A stretch of 63,395 nucleotides of DNA, filler included, from Octopus bimaculoides (GCF_001194135.2; 6 parts of 6 records of this genome joined end to end with filler, not necessarily neighbours in it), one strand, 5' to 3'. Positions 40,037 through 51,642 are shown, counted from the first letter of the whole stretch. Numbers and translations: made by a program. Notes: generated by a model not told the origin, from the letters alone.

Positions 40037-40487
40037 ATGATGTACGGAATATCTCACCTGCGAAACTTGGTCCCATATATTATCATCGTATTAACACTTT
40101 TCAATTTGTTATTGAATATCTCATTAGCAGAACATATCAGCGCTTCGGAGACCAATAAGGAATCTGATTCCGATCCTGTGAACAAGGAGAATCAACAAGA
40201 TACAACACTTTTCAGTGATTCGTCCACATCTGTCACCATGACATTTGCCGCTTTCACTGCAACCTCTCCAGCCGCCACGGAGAGTGACGATGAACAAAGT
40301 CAATGCAACCCTAAAATATCCCGTTGCCCAGGTAACAGGCTTCCATCACCAGAGGACTGCAGTTGCCTAGCAATGGCGGGTGAAAAATGTGGCTTTAATA
40401 CACGGAAACGATGTGACCAAAACTTAGGACTTAGGTGCATTCCAGAGAGGAAATCTTCGCTGAGCAAGAGCTACGGTGTTTGTCGCG
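40037..40487 (+). CDS. First coding exon of a secreted protein with an IGFBP/CCN-like N-terminal cysteine module
   Basis: An open frame of 150 codons plus 1 nt in otherwise repeat-filled DNA. It has a hydrophobic signal peptide (YIIIVLTLFNLLLNISLA|EH), an acidic S/T-rich spacer, then C.AMAGEKCG..T..RCD..LGLRC.........YGVC. The motif ends at the donor TGT CGC G|GTAAGC (intron from 40488, phase 1), as in exon-encoded IGFBP modules of CCN-type genes. The 173-aa ORF beyond this point is intron read-through. Confidence 0.85.
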
Positions 40488-40854
40488 GTAAGCCATTTCT
40501 TTATATATTGTTTTTAATCGACAGAAAATTATTGATTTTTGTATCTATTTTCCAGTAAGTTTATATAATACTTGATTTCTTTGTCGAAAAAAAAAAACTA
40601 TGAATAAGATTTCATGTCAAAATATCTGTCCAGCAATACACGTGACTTGTCAAAAAATCAATGCATTTGTCAACAAATTCGTCGCTCTGTCAATGTAAAA
40701 ATATATATGTATATATATAAATTTATATAAATGAGAAGATCAATATTTAAAATACCGATTTTATCAAGTGGCCAGCATGGGAATAAAAACCATCAAAAGT
40801 AATAATTAATCAAAATTATCTAAAATTATAATTTTAAATATATATATATATATA

Positions 40855-40954
40855 NNNNNNNNNNNNNNNNNNNNNNNNNNNNNNNNNNNNNNNNNNNNTT
40901 AATTAATTAANNNNNNNNNNNNNNNNNNNNNNNNNNNNNNNNNNNNNNNNNNNN
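40855..40954. other. Assembly join spacer
   Basis: 44 N + TTAATTAATTAA + 44 N, about 370 bp downstream of the exon donor. Confidence 0.95.
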
Positions 40955-41147
40955 GTGAAAGAAGCCCCAGAAATCTACAACCTTTGCGTCCATTTTTAAA
41001 ATGCTCCCTGCTGCAAGCATGGGATTCCCCGTTCTCTGATTAGGCGGGTCCTTAAGATGTAAAAGCATCCCAAGGAAAAAATCCCCTGTTGCCGTTCTTT
41101 TGGGCTAGATGAACTGGATTAAGGGAGTTTAACTCGTCATCGATGAC

Positions 41148-41672
41148 CCAGCGCATGTTAACATAAAGCTGAAGACCAGTGAAAAAGAGAACACCTATGC
41201 TGAACTATTGAGACATCTGCAGTTACTCCATCCAGATTACAAGTTCAGGTTTATACCTGTAATTATTGGGGCTCTGGGATAGGTAACATAATGCCTAAAT
41301 AGCAATCTTGAGAAATTGGGATTCTCAAAACCAGAAGGAAGAAAGTTGATTCGAAAACTACAGATGGAATCCATCACTGGAACTGTAAAAATCTGTAAAA
41401 CTTTCCAAAAGTTTGTCATTTAAATGTATATGAGCATGTCTAGATATGTAGCTATATGCATGAGAATACATGCATAAAGCAAAACATACAAATATGCACA
41501 TATACATACATAAATACACACATACACATATACATACTTACATACATACATACAAACAAACAAAAATACCCTGTTGTTGATGTTGACATTCCAATGAAGG
41601 AGCCTTGGATCTAGGTTAGAAACCGGTTCTTTCTCTATTGGCAAGAAATCTTGAAATAAAACTAAAGAATGA
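41148..41672 (+). mobile_element. R4/Dong-like non-LTR retrotransposon 3' end (restriction-like endonuclease C-terminus + 3' UTR)
   Basis: PAHVNIKLKTSEKENTYAELLRHLQLLHPDYKFRFIPVIIGALG*VT*CLNSNLEKLGFSKPEGRKLIRKLQMESITGTVKICKTFQKFVI* (stop at 41421-41423) matches the RLE tail K..KY..L...IPV.IGALG.V...L..LG...LQ...L.GT.KI. The UTR ends aaataaaactaaagaatga, followed by (CATC)n(CATA)n. Confidence 0.82.
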
Positions 41673-42444
41673 CATCCATCCATCCATCCATCCATCCATC
41701 CATCCATCCATCCATACATACATACATACATACATACATACATAAATGCATGCATACATACATACATTCATACATACAGACCAAAGTATGGCCGAACTTG
41801 AGTTCTTATAGAGAGCGCAACTCCTTAAATTATACACTACAAATGACGACGATATGCGGCACAGTAAATATCTGCAAGTCTTTTTCAAGACTTAAACGAT
41901 GATAAAAAAAACAAGATGCTTTACGTCGCAAACTTGTTTCTAAGTAAGAGTCCGGTCAAGAATTATTCTAAACTTTAAAATAAAAGAGAGCAAAGCACAT
42001 ACACGCATATATACACACATACATACACATACATACATGCATACATACGTACATACATATATATACACATTAGGTATGCTTACATGTTTAGTCAAAAGAT
42101 GAGGCGATCTGCTATTCCACAAACGAAGTCGATAAATTTAGAATGAAGAATTTATAAATTTTCTTTACTACTAACATTATTTTCTTTTTAAATAGATACG
42201 ATATCATACGTGTTATAACACGTTTCAATATTCGAGATAGATCTTGAGAAATTCAGAAGTGCTGATAAAATTTCTCTGAAAGTATGATGAAAGAAAACGA
42301 GAATAAATTTGGCAAAAAAATCCATAATCAAAAGAATGCAGTATGATATATNNNNNNNNNNNNNNNNNNNNNNNNNNNNNNNNNNNNNNNNNNNNNNNNN
42401 NNNNNNNNNNNNNNNNNNNNNNNNTACTTGTTTATGTGTGTATG

Positions 42445-42476
<32 letters not shown>

Positions 42477-42566
42477 TATTTATTTATTTATTTATTTATA
42501 TCTATATATATAATACATATACAAATATATATAAATATATATATATATTGTTATATGTATGTGTAT

Positions 42567-42599
<33 letters not shown>

Positions 42600-42600
<1 letters not shown>

Positions 42601-43457
42601 CTACTACATATGTGGCAGATTATGTTTGTGGAGTTGTTAGCTAACTCATCCTACATCGTTTTATCGATTTTAATGAAATTTGACACGTGAGTAGAACTCA
42701 TGTCTGGAAACCTCATGGCATATTCAGATTGTTGAAACAAGTCGATAATAGGGCCCTGGAAGGGATCCTTATATATATCTAATATATTTCATTTTAACAG
42801 CCAATAGAAATAACCCATTCATTTTCCTAAATCATGTGGTAAGTATCAAATAGCATATGCTTATTTATTAGTATTTGAACTGTTAGAGTTATCTTCGCAA
42901 TTCATCCAGTACAACCCTTAAACAAGTAAGTAGTATTTTCCTAAACAATAGATCCACTTATTTCGGTTAGTGACTTATTTACAAATATACCAACACTAGC
43001 ACCGCTGAGTGTAATATTCTCTGGGAACGCACAAAAGCCCCTTTTCAGAGTTATTTACTTTGAAATGTTATTAGCTCATATCTGATTAGCCTGTTATTAC
43101 ATAACATGCTTCACGATTTTAGTATACATACCTTATTAGTATTTCGTCCCATGTTCTATATACTCTGGAAACGCATTAAAGCCCTTTTCGGGGCTACTTT
43201 ATTTGAATTCTTACTATCAGGTAACTAATTTCATGTTATTACATAACTGACTTCACAATTTCGGTATTCATAACTTACTGGGAATTCCTAAAAACAAGAT
43301 CCTACGTAAGACAGTTTGGTATTCTCTGTAAATGCACAAAAACCATTTTAAGGGCTACATACTTTGTATTGCTGTTATTGGATTAGCGAAACAATTATGA
43401 GAACGGAACCAAGGGATAGGCCGCGCTTTCCCGGGAATTACCGGGTACATCAGCTTG
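42600..43457 (+). mobile_element. Non-autonomous Helitron with internal diverged tandem repeats
   Basis: Starts a|TC at 42600. A GC hairpin cccgg-gaatta-ccggg (43430-43445) lies 8 nt before CTTG|t (decayed CTAG), with no TSD. Internal ~145-160 bp units begin ctctg(g/t)(g/a)aa(c/t)gca at ~43019, ~43163 and ~43324. Confidence 0.7.
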
Positions 43458-43589
43458 TATATATATTCCGAGTTCGATTCGAGGCAGTGACCTGAATAAT
43501 GATATTAATAATGTGCGTGCGTCGTATTGATGGGAGTTAGAGGCTCAATGCTAGAGAAAGTGGATGTTAACGTGTGTTTTTATTGCTTT

Positions 43590-43670
43590 TACGAGTGGGT
43601 GCTGAAAAGTTCCTGGCTTTGGGTAAAAGCAAATACAAGAAGATCAATTATGATTTAGTAAAGTATATAT
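43590..43670. mobile_element. Mariner-type MITE end
   Basis: tacgagtgggtgctgaaaagttcctggctttgggtaaaag matches the TIR of the MITE at 50372-50594. Confidence 0.75.
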
Positions 43671-43715
43671 TTCTGCCTTTCGGTTATAAAATTGCGAATA
43701 AGCAACCCTTATATT

Positions 43716-44105
43716 GTGGTTGTGTGGTAAGAAGCTTGCTTCCCAACCACAAGGTCCTGGGTTCGGTCCCACTGCATGGCACCATGGACAAGTGTCTTCT
43801 ACTACAGCCTCGGGCCGACCAAAGACTTGTGAGTGGATTTGGTAGATGAAAACTGAAAGAAGCCCATCGTAAATATATATGCATGTATATGTTTGTGTGT
43901 TTGTGCTTGCTCCCCACCCAGCATCGCTTGACGACCAATGTTGGTGTGTTTACGTTCCCGTAACTTAGTGGTTTGGCAAAAAACACCGATAGAATAAGTA
44001 TTAGGCTTACAAAGAATAAGTCTCGGGGCTCGATTTGTTCGACTAAAGGCGGTGCTCCAGCATGGCCGTAGAGAAATGACTGAAAGAAATCAAAGAATAA
44101 GAAAG
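43716..44105 (+). mobile_element. SINE family A, full copy
   Basis: Colinear with 20646-21020. Confidence 0.9.
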
Positions 44106-44111
44106 AAAAGA

Positions 44112-44145
<34 letters not shown>

Positions 44146-44631
44146 CTATGTATGCGTATATGTGTCAGTATGTGTGTATGTATCTATGTGTGTATATGTG
44201 TGTGTACGTGTGTGTACGTGTATGCGTGCGTAGAACAAACGAGTTCATGAGTCATAAACGTATCATACGCCTTTGATCCTTCATACGCTTTTAACACACA
44301 CACACACACACACACGCACACATACACACACGCACGAACACATCCAACGCTTATACAGGGGCGCGTCGGGTCATACACACACGTATATACACACACACAA
44401 ACACAAACACAAACACACACGCATACAGATATATATTTATAGCTTTCTATATCTACTTTATCTTAATTAATTATATTGATATGTACACACACACACACAC
44501 AAACACACAAACACACAAACACACACACACGCATATTTATATACACACGTATATACGCTCACTGATATAATACATTTTACCATATCGATAAAAAGGCGAG
44601 AAAGTATTGATGTATGTATAAACGAAAGATG

Positions 44632-44697
<66 letters not shown>

Positions 44698-44781
44698 TGC
44701 ACACACACGCACATATCTGTGTATGTGTGTGGGGGCGTGTATATGTGAGGTGGGTTGTGTGAGAAAGAGAAAATAAGCTTT

Positions 44782-44839
<58 letters not shown>

Positions 44840-44884
44840 TATATATATATACATATATATACACATATATACATATATATGTAT

Positions 44885-44980
<96 letters not shown>

Positions 44981-45158
44981 TCGTTTACATGTATATGTTT
45001 GAATGCATATAATCACTCATATACGTATGGTATCTGTGTGGATGTATATATGTGTATATGCACATATGTATGCGTTTGTCACGTGTAACAGAGGTTACGG
45101 TAAGTACATACAGACATACATACATGCATGCATGCATGCAGGCACACATACATATATA

Positions 45159-45420
45159 GGGATATGTAACACGCTGCCTAAATAGCAATCTCGAGAAATT
45201 AGGCTTCTCAAAACCTGAAAGGAGAAAACTAGTTTGAAGACTACAGATCCAATCCATCACTGGAACGGTAAAAATCTGTAAAACTTTCCAGAGGTTTATC
45301 ATTTAAATATATATGAGCATGTCTAGATATGTAGCTATATGCATGAGAATACATACATAGAACATATACATCTGCACATATACATACATGCATATCTTTA
45401 TATGAAAATACATTTTGAAA
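45159..45420 (+). mobile_element. Second, more 5'-truncated R4/Dong-like copy
   Basis: GYVTRCLNSNLEKLGFSKPERRKLV*RLQIQSITGTVKICKTFQRFII* (stop at 45304-45306), followed by the same UTR (atatgagcatgtctagatatgtagctatatgcatgagaatacat). Confidence 0.85.
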
Positions 45421-45467
45421 CTTCTAATATGCCAAATAGACACACATGCATATATATATATCCATAG

Positions 45468-45533
<66 letters not shown>

Positions 45534-46500
45534 NNNNNNNNNNNNNNNNNNNNNNNNNNNNNNNNNNNNNNNNNNNNNNNNNNNNNNNNNNNNNNNNNNN
45601 NNNNNNNNNNNNNNNNNNNNNNNNNNNNNNNNNNNNNNNNNNNNNNNNNNNNNNNNNNNNNNNNNNNNNNNNNNNNNNNNNNNNNNNNNNNNNNNNNNNN
45701 NNNNNNNNNNNNNNNNNNNNNNNNNNNNNNNNNNNNNNNNNNNNNNNNNNNNNNNNNNNNNNNNNNNNNNNNNNNNNNNNNNNNNNNNNNNNNNNNNNNN
45801 NNNNNNNNNNNNNNNNNNNNNNNNNNNNNNNNNNNNNNNNNNNNNNNNNNNNNNNNNNNNNNNNNNNNNNNNNNNNNNNNNNNNNNNNNNNNNNNNNNNN
45901 NNNNNNNNNNNNNNNNNNNNNNNNNNNNNNNNNNNNNNNNNNNNNNNNNNNNNNNNNNNNNNNNNNNNNNNNNNNNNNNNNNNNNNNNNNNNNNNNNNNN
46001 NNNNNNNNNNNNNNNNNNNNNNNNNNNNNNNNNNNNNNNNNNNNNNNNNNNNNNNNNNNNNNNNNNNNNNNNNNNNNNNNNNNNNNNNNNNNNNNNNNNN
46101 NNNNNNNNNNNNNNNNNNNNNNNNNNNNNNNNNNNNNNNNNNNNNNNNNNNNNNNNNNNNNNNNNNNNNNNNNNNNNNNNNNNNNNNNNNNNNNNNNNNN
46201 NNNNNNNNNNNNNNNNNNNNNNNNNNNNNNNNNNNNNNNNNNNNNNNNNNNNNNNNNNNNNNNNNNNNNNNNNNNNNNNNNNNNNNNNNNNNNNNNNNNN
46301 NNNNNNNNNNNNNNNNNNNNNNNNNNNNNNNNNNNNNNNNNNNNNNNNNNNNNNNNNNNNNNNNNNNNNNNNNNNNNNNNNNNNNNNNNNNNNNNNNNNN
46401 NNNNNNNNNNNNNNNNNNNNNNNNNNNNNNNNNNNNNNNNNNNNNNNNNNNNNNNNNNNNNNNNNNNNNNNNNNNNNNNNNNNNNNGATCGCCTTCGATG

Positions 46501-46543
<43 letters not shown>

Positions 46544-46816
46544 AATGGAAGCCGTCGTCTCCTCCCTCCCCCCTCCTCATCGGCTTTATGACCGCGTTCA
46601 TAGTGATGAGGTGTAGGAGGAGGAAGGTTATATTATCATCCGTGTTATTATTATCATTGTTATTGTTAATCCAACTCCTGCGTCTGCTGCTCTCTCTCCT
46701 TCTTCTTCCTCCTCCCCCTCCTCCTCCTCCTCGGCGTCGCCACTATCGAAATCATCATCATCATTATCATCATCATAACCATCAATCCTCATCATCATCA
46801 TCATCCTCATCATCAC

Positions 46817-46848
<32 letters not shown>

Positions 46849-46849
46849 T

Positions 46850-46949
46850 NNNNNNNNNNNNNNNNNNNNNNNNNNNNNNNNNNNNNNNNNNNNTTAATTA
46901 ATTAANNNNNNNNNNNNNNNNNNNNNNNNNNNNNNNNNNNNNNNNNNNN
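46850..46949. other. Assembly join spacer
   Basis: 44 N + TTAATTAATTAA + 44 N. Confidence 0.95.
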
Positions 46950-47222
46950 TTGCAGGGTCTTTAAGCTTCCACACCCTTCTCCTCCAAGCCGGTCTAATTC
47001 TGGGCACCCATTTTGCCTTGATCCCAAAGTCGCTAACTACTAATCTATGTTGTGGGGTACATTCTACTCCAGGGTAGGTTTTGGCATTTATAAGCCGCCC
47101 TCTTTCCCTATTTCTGGCGAGGATGTAGTCGATTTGGCTAGAGTGTCTGCCGGAGCGGTAGGTGACTAGGTGACTGGCAGGTTTCCTGAAGTTGGTATTG
47201 CAGACCATAAGATCGGTTGCGT
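46950..47222 (-). mobile_element. RTE-clade LINE APE-endonuclease C-terminal fragment, open frame
   Basis: DLMVCNTNFRKPASHLVTYRSGRHSSQIDYILARNRERGRLINAKTYPGVECTPQHRLVVSDF contains the NT.F.K, QIDY and QHRL motifs typical of RTE endonucleases. It is cut by the spacer. Confidence 0.9.
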
Positions 47223-47427
47223 CACAGAAATAATAAATATATATATGCATGCATGAAATGAGGAGTAGATAGGACAGCAGACAGCTGATGAAGGGTCCTT
47301 TCTCTGTGTTTACTTGTCTTGTTCTCTATTTTTTCTTGTTGTTTATTTATTTAACTTGCTTATTAACGCATTTCATATTGTTTGAACCATTGGTGACGTC
47401 CTGTACCCATATATGCATGTATGTGTA

Positions 47428-47458
<31 letters not shown>

Positions 47459-47530
47459 CAGATGCTAGTGCCATGTGAAAAGCACCATTGCTGGTGCCTC
47501 ATAACAGGCATCCAGCACACTAAGTGAACT

Positions 47531-47838
47531 GGTTGGCATTAGGATGGGTATCCAGCTGTAGTAACCTTGCTGAAGCAGATGACTGGAGCCTGGTGCAGTC
47601 CTCCAGCTCCCCAGCAGCTCCTGTCAAACCGTCCAACCCACACCACCATGGAAAACGAACATTAAATGACGATGATGATGATATATCATCATCATCATAA
47701 TCGTCGTTTAACGTCCACTTTCCATGCTGGCATGGGTTGAACAGTTTGACTGAGGACTGGCAAGCCAGTAGGCTGCGCCAGGCTCCAGTCTGATCTGGCA
47801 AGGTTTCTATAGCTGGATGCCCTTCCTAATGCCAGCCA
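47531..47838. mobile_element. Two (GAT)n-tailed retroposon 3' ends in tail-to-tail inversion
   Basis: The left arm ends ...ccatggaaaacgaacattaaatgacgatgatgatgat; the right arm begins atcatcatcatcataatcgtcgtttaacgtccactttccatgctgg. Arm ends tggttggcattagga and tcctaatgccagcca are complementary. Confidence 0.85.
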
Positions 47839-47854
47839 CTATGAGAGTGTAGTG

Positions 47855-48045
47855 GGTGCTTTTTAAGTGCCACCAGCACTGGGCCTAGTCAGGCGGCACT
47901 GGCATTGACCACGCTCGAATGGTGCTTTTTACATGTCACTGGTACAGGAGCCAGTCAGGTGGCACTGGCATCGACTACACTCAAATGATGCCTTTTAGGT
48001 GCCACCGGCATGGGTGCCAGTCAGGTGGCACTGGCATCGGCCATG
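47855..48045. repeat. Three ~65-bp tandem units inside the retroposon body
   Basis: (g/a)tg(g/a)tgc.tttt...g(c/t)cac.(a/g)g.a.....cagtcagg.ggcactggcat.g.c occurs three times. Confidence 0.85.
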
Positions 48046-48432
48046 ACTATGATATATATATATACACACATACAGGGATGGCCATAAGTTGCTCTATCCA
48101 TTTCTTTATTATTATTATCAGGAATGGGTAAAGTGACTTATGGCCTTCCCTGTATATAGAATCTTCTGGTGGTTGTTGATGTGTAGCATCGATGTGTGTA
48201 TGTGTGTGTATATGTGGATGTACTTGTACGAGTTCATGAATTGAAGTTTGCCCCTTAGTTGGGGAAAGAAAATGAAAACCTGATGGCATTCGTTAGCAAC
48301 TGTTAAAACAAACAAATAGATAAATAAATAAATAAATAAAGATGGTGGGAGAAGATATAACTTCTAATTTCATAAAATCTTGAATTTTCATAATTAGGTT
48401 GAACTTACTTTTTTTTTTTAGCCTGTTTTGTC

Positions 48433-48563
<131 letters not shown>

Positions 48564-49006
48564 CACACTCTCATATAAACATATACACATACACAGACAT
48601 GCACATATATACAGATGCAAGACACAAATACGTATACATACACACACATATTCATGTAGCTATTTATACAGTGGTCTGTGTTGTGTGTGCATGTATGTAT
48701 ATTTGTGTGTGTGTCTGTGTGTGTGTATGTATGTGTAAATAGATGCAGATGTTCACTTTTATGATGGTCCAATTTTAGCCAATTTCACCATCATCATCAC
48801 CACCACCACCATCGTCCCATCACTTCTACTGCCGCCACCACCACCACCTTATCTGTCGTAACTCTTCATCCGTTCCCCCCACCCCCGCCCCACATCGACA
48901 CCACCCATCAACATCAATGTTTTGATTGAAGACTGTTTTATGAAGTACTTAAATATAAAATATCATATCTGTATGCGTATGCTCATGGGTGGAGGCATTT
49001 CTGTGT

Positions 49007-49041
<35 letters not shown>

Positions 49042-49609
49042 ATTCGTTGAGGCATCATTAGCTCACTTTCTCACTCTTTTACTCTCTCTCATTATCTCTT
49101 TCCATTATTCATTTACTCTCTCTCTCTCCATTTCACTCTCCATCCATTCTCTCTGTCTGTTTGTCTCTCTCTCTCTCTCTCTGATGGTAATCTGTCAGTT
49201 TGGTCTCCACCCTTTAGTAAGCTCTGCATGTTGCATTCTGACTTTCTAGCTGTTAATCATCACGGTCATCATCATCACAATCATTGTCATCATCATCATC
49301 ATCACCATCATGATCATCATCACCGTCATGATGATTATCATCATGTTCATCATAAGCTTCATCATCATCATTATCATCAACACCACCACCACCACCACCA
49401 CCACCATCATCACCATTATTGTTGCTTTACATCCATCTTCTGTGCTGGCATGGGTTGGAAGGGTTGCCTCGGCCGGATTCAGCACACATTTGCAGGGCAC
49501 TGCTCACCTGCCCATGATGGATGGGGGCACCACCTTGAAGGCTTGAGTGAAAGTACTGGGCTTGATGCTTTCACTGTAATCTAGCAGTTCAGCAAAAGAG
49601 ACTGATAAA

Positions 49610-50105
49610 ATGATTTTGATTCTGGGTGGTGCATTATGTCCTTGATCAAGAAACATTATTTCACGTTGCTCCAGTCCATTCGGCTGGCAAAAATAAGTTG
49701 TACCTGTAATTCAAAGGAGCAGCCTTGTCACTTTCTGTGCGTCACATTGAATATCCCTGAGGAATACATTAAGGATAAATCTGCCTGTTGAGTGTCCAGC
49801 CATGTGCTCATTAATTTCATGATTGGCTCAATTGATTGGATCCATTGATTGGATACCTTTAAAATGGCACACAGGAAATAGATGCCCTTAGACTGGGACA
49901 CAGGGAATAGATACCCTTAAACTGGTACACAGGGAATATATGCCCTTAAACTGGAACACAGGGAATAGATGCCCTTAAACTGACATGATTGGCTCAATTG
50001 ATTGGATCAACTGGAACACTTGCCTTCATAACTGACAGTGTGCCAGTTTAGGGGTGTCTTTCCTGTGTGCTAATATAAGGTTATCTTTCCTGTGTGCCAG
50101 TTTAG
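49610..50105 (+). mobile_element. Decayed SINE family C/D copy interleaved with a 29-bp minisatellite in both orientations
   Basis: cacagggaatagatgcccttaaactgg units (~49870-49983) are flanked by a 25-bp direct repeat catgattggctcaattgattggatc. Inverted units tgccagtttaggggtgtctttcctgtgtg follow at ~50041-50103. Confidence 0.7.
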
Positions 50106-50371
50106 CAATAAAAACTTGGCAATAGAGTTTTAATTAAAACTTCATTTGAATATATGCTTTGTACTAGCCACTAGTGCATGGCCTTGTGACTAGGATATTG
50201 CTCTCATGATCACAAGATCGAGGTTTCAGTCCACAAACTATGGAGTGTTATGTTCTCCAGTGAAACACTTCATCTCATGTTGTACTTCGATCACGTTGAT
50301 ATCTGACATGTGGTACACCGTGGACCTATACAGGCTGTGTCACTCTGATGGTGGGGTGGGGGCACTAATGC

Positions 50372-50594
50372 ATGAAGGGTGGGAGCTGGAAAGTTCCTGG
50401 CTTTGGGTAAAAGAAAATAGAGGAGGATCAGTTAATTATGATTTTATTCAATATATTCCCCTCTCAGATTCACACACTTACTGCAGCAGTCCTTCAGTTT
50501 TTATAAACCCTGTAAAAGAACTCGGAAGGTTTGGCCTCCAACCAGGCCTTTCGTGACACCCTTAAAACTAGGAACTTTTCAGTACCCCCTTGTA
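50372..50594. mobile_element. Mariner deletion derivative (MITE)
   Basis: TIRs gaagggtgggagctggaaagttcctggc and ctaggaacttttcagtacccccttgta. The internal minus strand encodes a transposase C-terminus, KLKDCCSKCVNLRGEYIE*. Confidence 0.8.
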
Positions 50595-50972
50595 CAACAC
50601 AAACGTTTGTTCACTGTAAGCAGATCATCTGTACACGTTGTTCAGCGACAAGTTAACTGAACCCTTGTCTATTGTTTATGACAATCCATTTTCTGTGTTA
50701 ATCGTGGGGCACAGATTTTTTGGGAAATTGAAGTGGAGTATAGGAGACAAAAAGAAAGGTTGAGAAAAACTGTCCTAGAGGAAGATGACTGTGGTCATTG
50801 GTGGTCAGGAGTCTCTACGATTAAATGGTTCATGGCACTTTCCACCAGAATTGAAAAGAACCAAAGAATGTCCTCTTGCAGGAAGTTGTTTTTGGTGAAG
50901 TTGTATTTATAAATTATGTAAAACATTTTCATAAACTTGATTATATATTGCTATTGTTGTTGTTGTAATTAA

Positions 50973-51642
50973 CCCTTTTGTTACCATATTTTTGTTGAAA
51001 TACATTGTTGTTCTTCCAATTTATTTAAAAATCAACAAAAAATTTAGCCCCCAAAAAATTCTTTATTAGTCTTTATTAACCCTTTAGCATTTAAATTGGT
51101 CAAATCTGGCCCAAATATTCTGTTTTATCTTCGAACTGGCCAGATCCATCTTCCCCACATTGTCATTGTAAAATTAAAACAATCACATCATTGGAATCTT
51201 GAAGCTATGAGATAATGCATGATTAATTCAAAACAATGTGAATAATTAAGCAATACATTTGACAGAGTAATCTGAGTGCTAAAGGGTTAAGCCAATGTTT
51301 GAAGCAAATTAACACAAAGTCTCTTTGGAAAGTTTTAATTCAAACCACTTTAAAACAGGACATTAATACCATCGAACCAAGGGCAGTCTTGAGCAGATTA
51401 ATATCAAAAGGATTAACCCTTTTGCTGCCATATTTCGGCTGAAATACAATGCCTTTGTTTCAGTTTATTTCGAAAATAATTGAGAATTTTTTGAAAATAA
51501 CTATGATTATTAAGCAGGTGTTTTTGGAACATAAACTAACATGAAGTTTTGATGGAAGGTTTTGATTTTGAATACTCGAAAAGGCAAAGTTTGTGACATA
51601 GAACATAGATGAGTAGTTTCTGGTGGTTTGGTAGCGAAAGGG
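50973..51642. mobile_element. Nested/tandem cluster of three TTAA-flanked piggyBac-like MITEs
   Basis: The outer element runs from TTAA|CCCTTTTG (50973) to aaaagga|TTAA (51412). The inner one is TTAA|CCCTTTAGCA...TGCTAAAGGG|TTAA (51080-51286). The third, CCCTTTTGCTGCCA...TGGTAGCGAAAGGG (51417-51642), shares the TTAA at 51413-51416. Confidence 0.8.

Noticed and set aside
40488-40558. C-terminal KPFLYILFLIDRKLLIFVSIFQ as a transmembrane tail
   Set aside because: It begins exactly at the GTAAGC donor after the last module Cys and is T/A-rich, so it is most likely intron read-through.
46490-46850. GC-rich (GCC)n tract as a poly-Ala/Pro coding exon
   Set aside because: It grades into (ATC)n and (CCT)n repeats between two gaps, with no splice or domain support.
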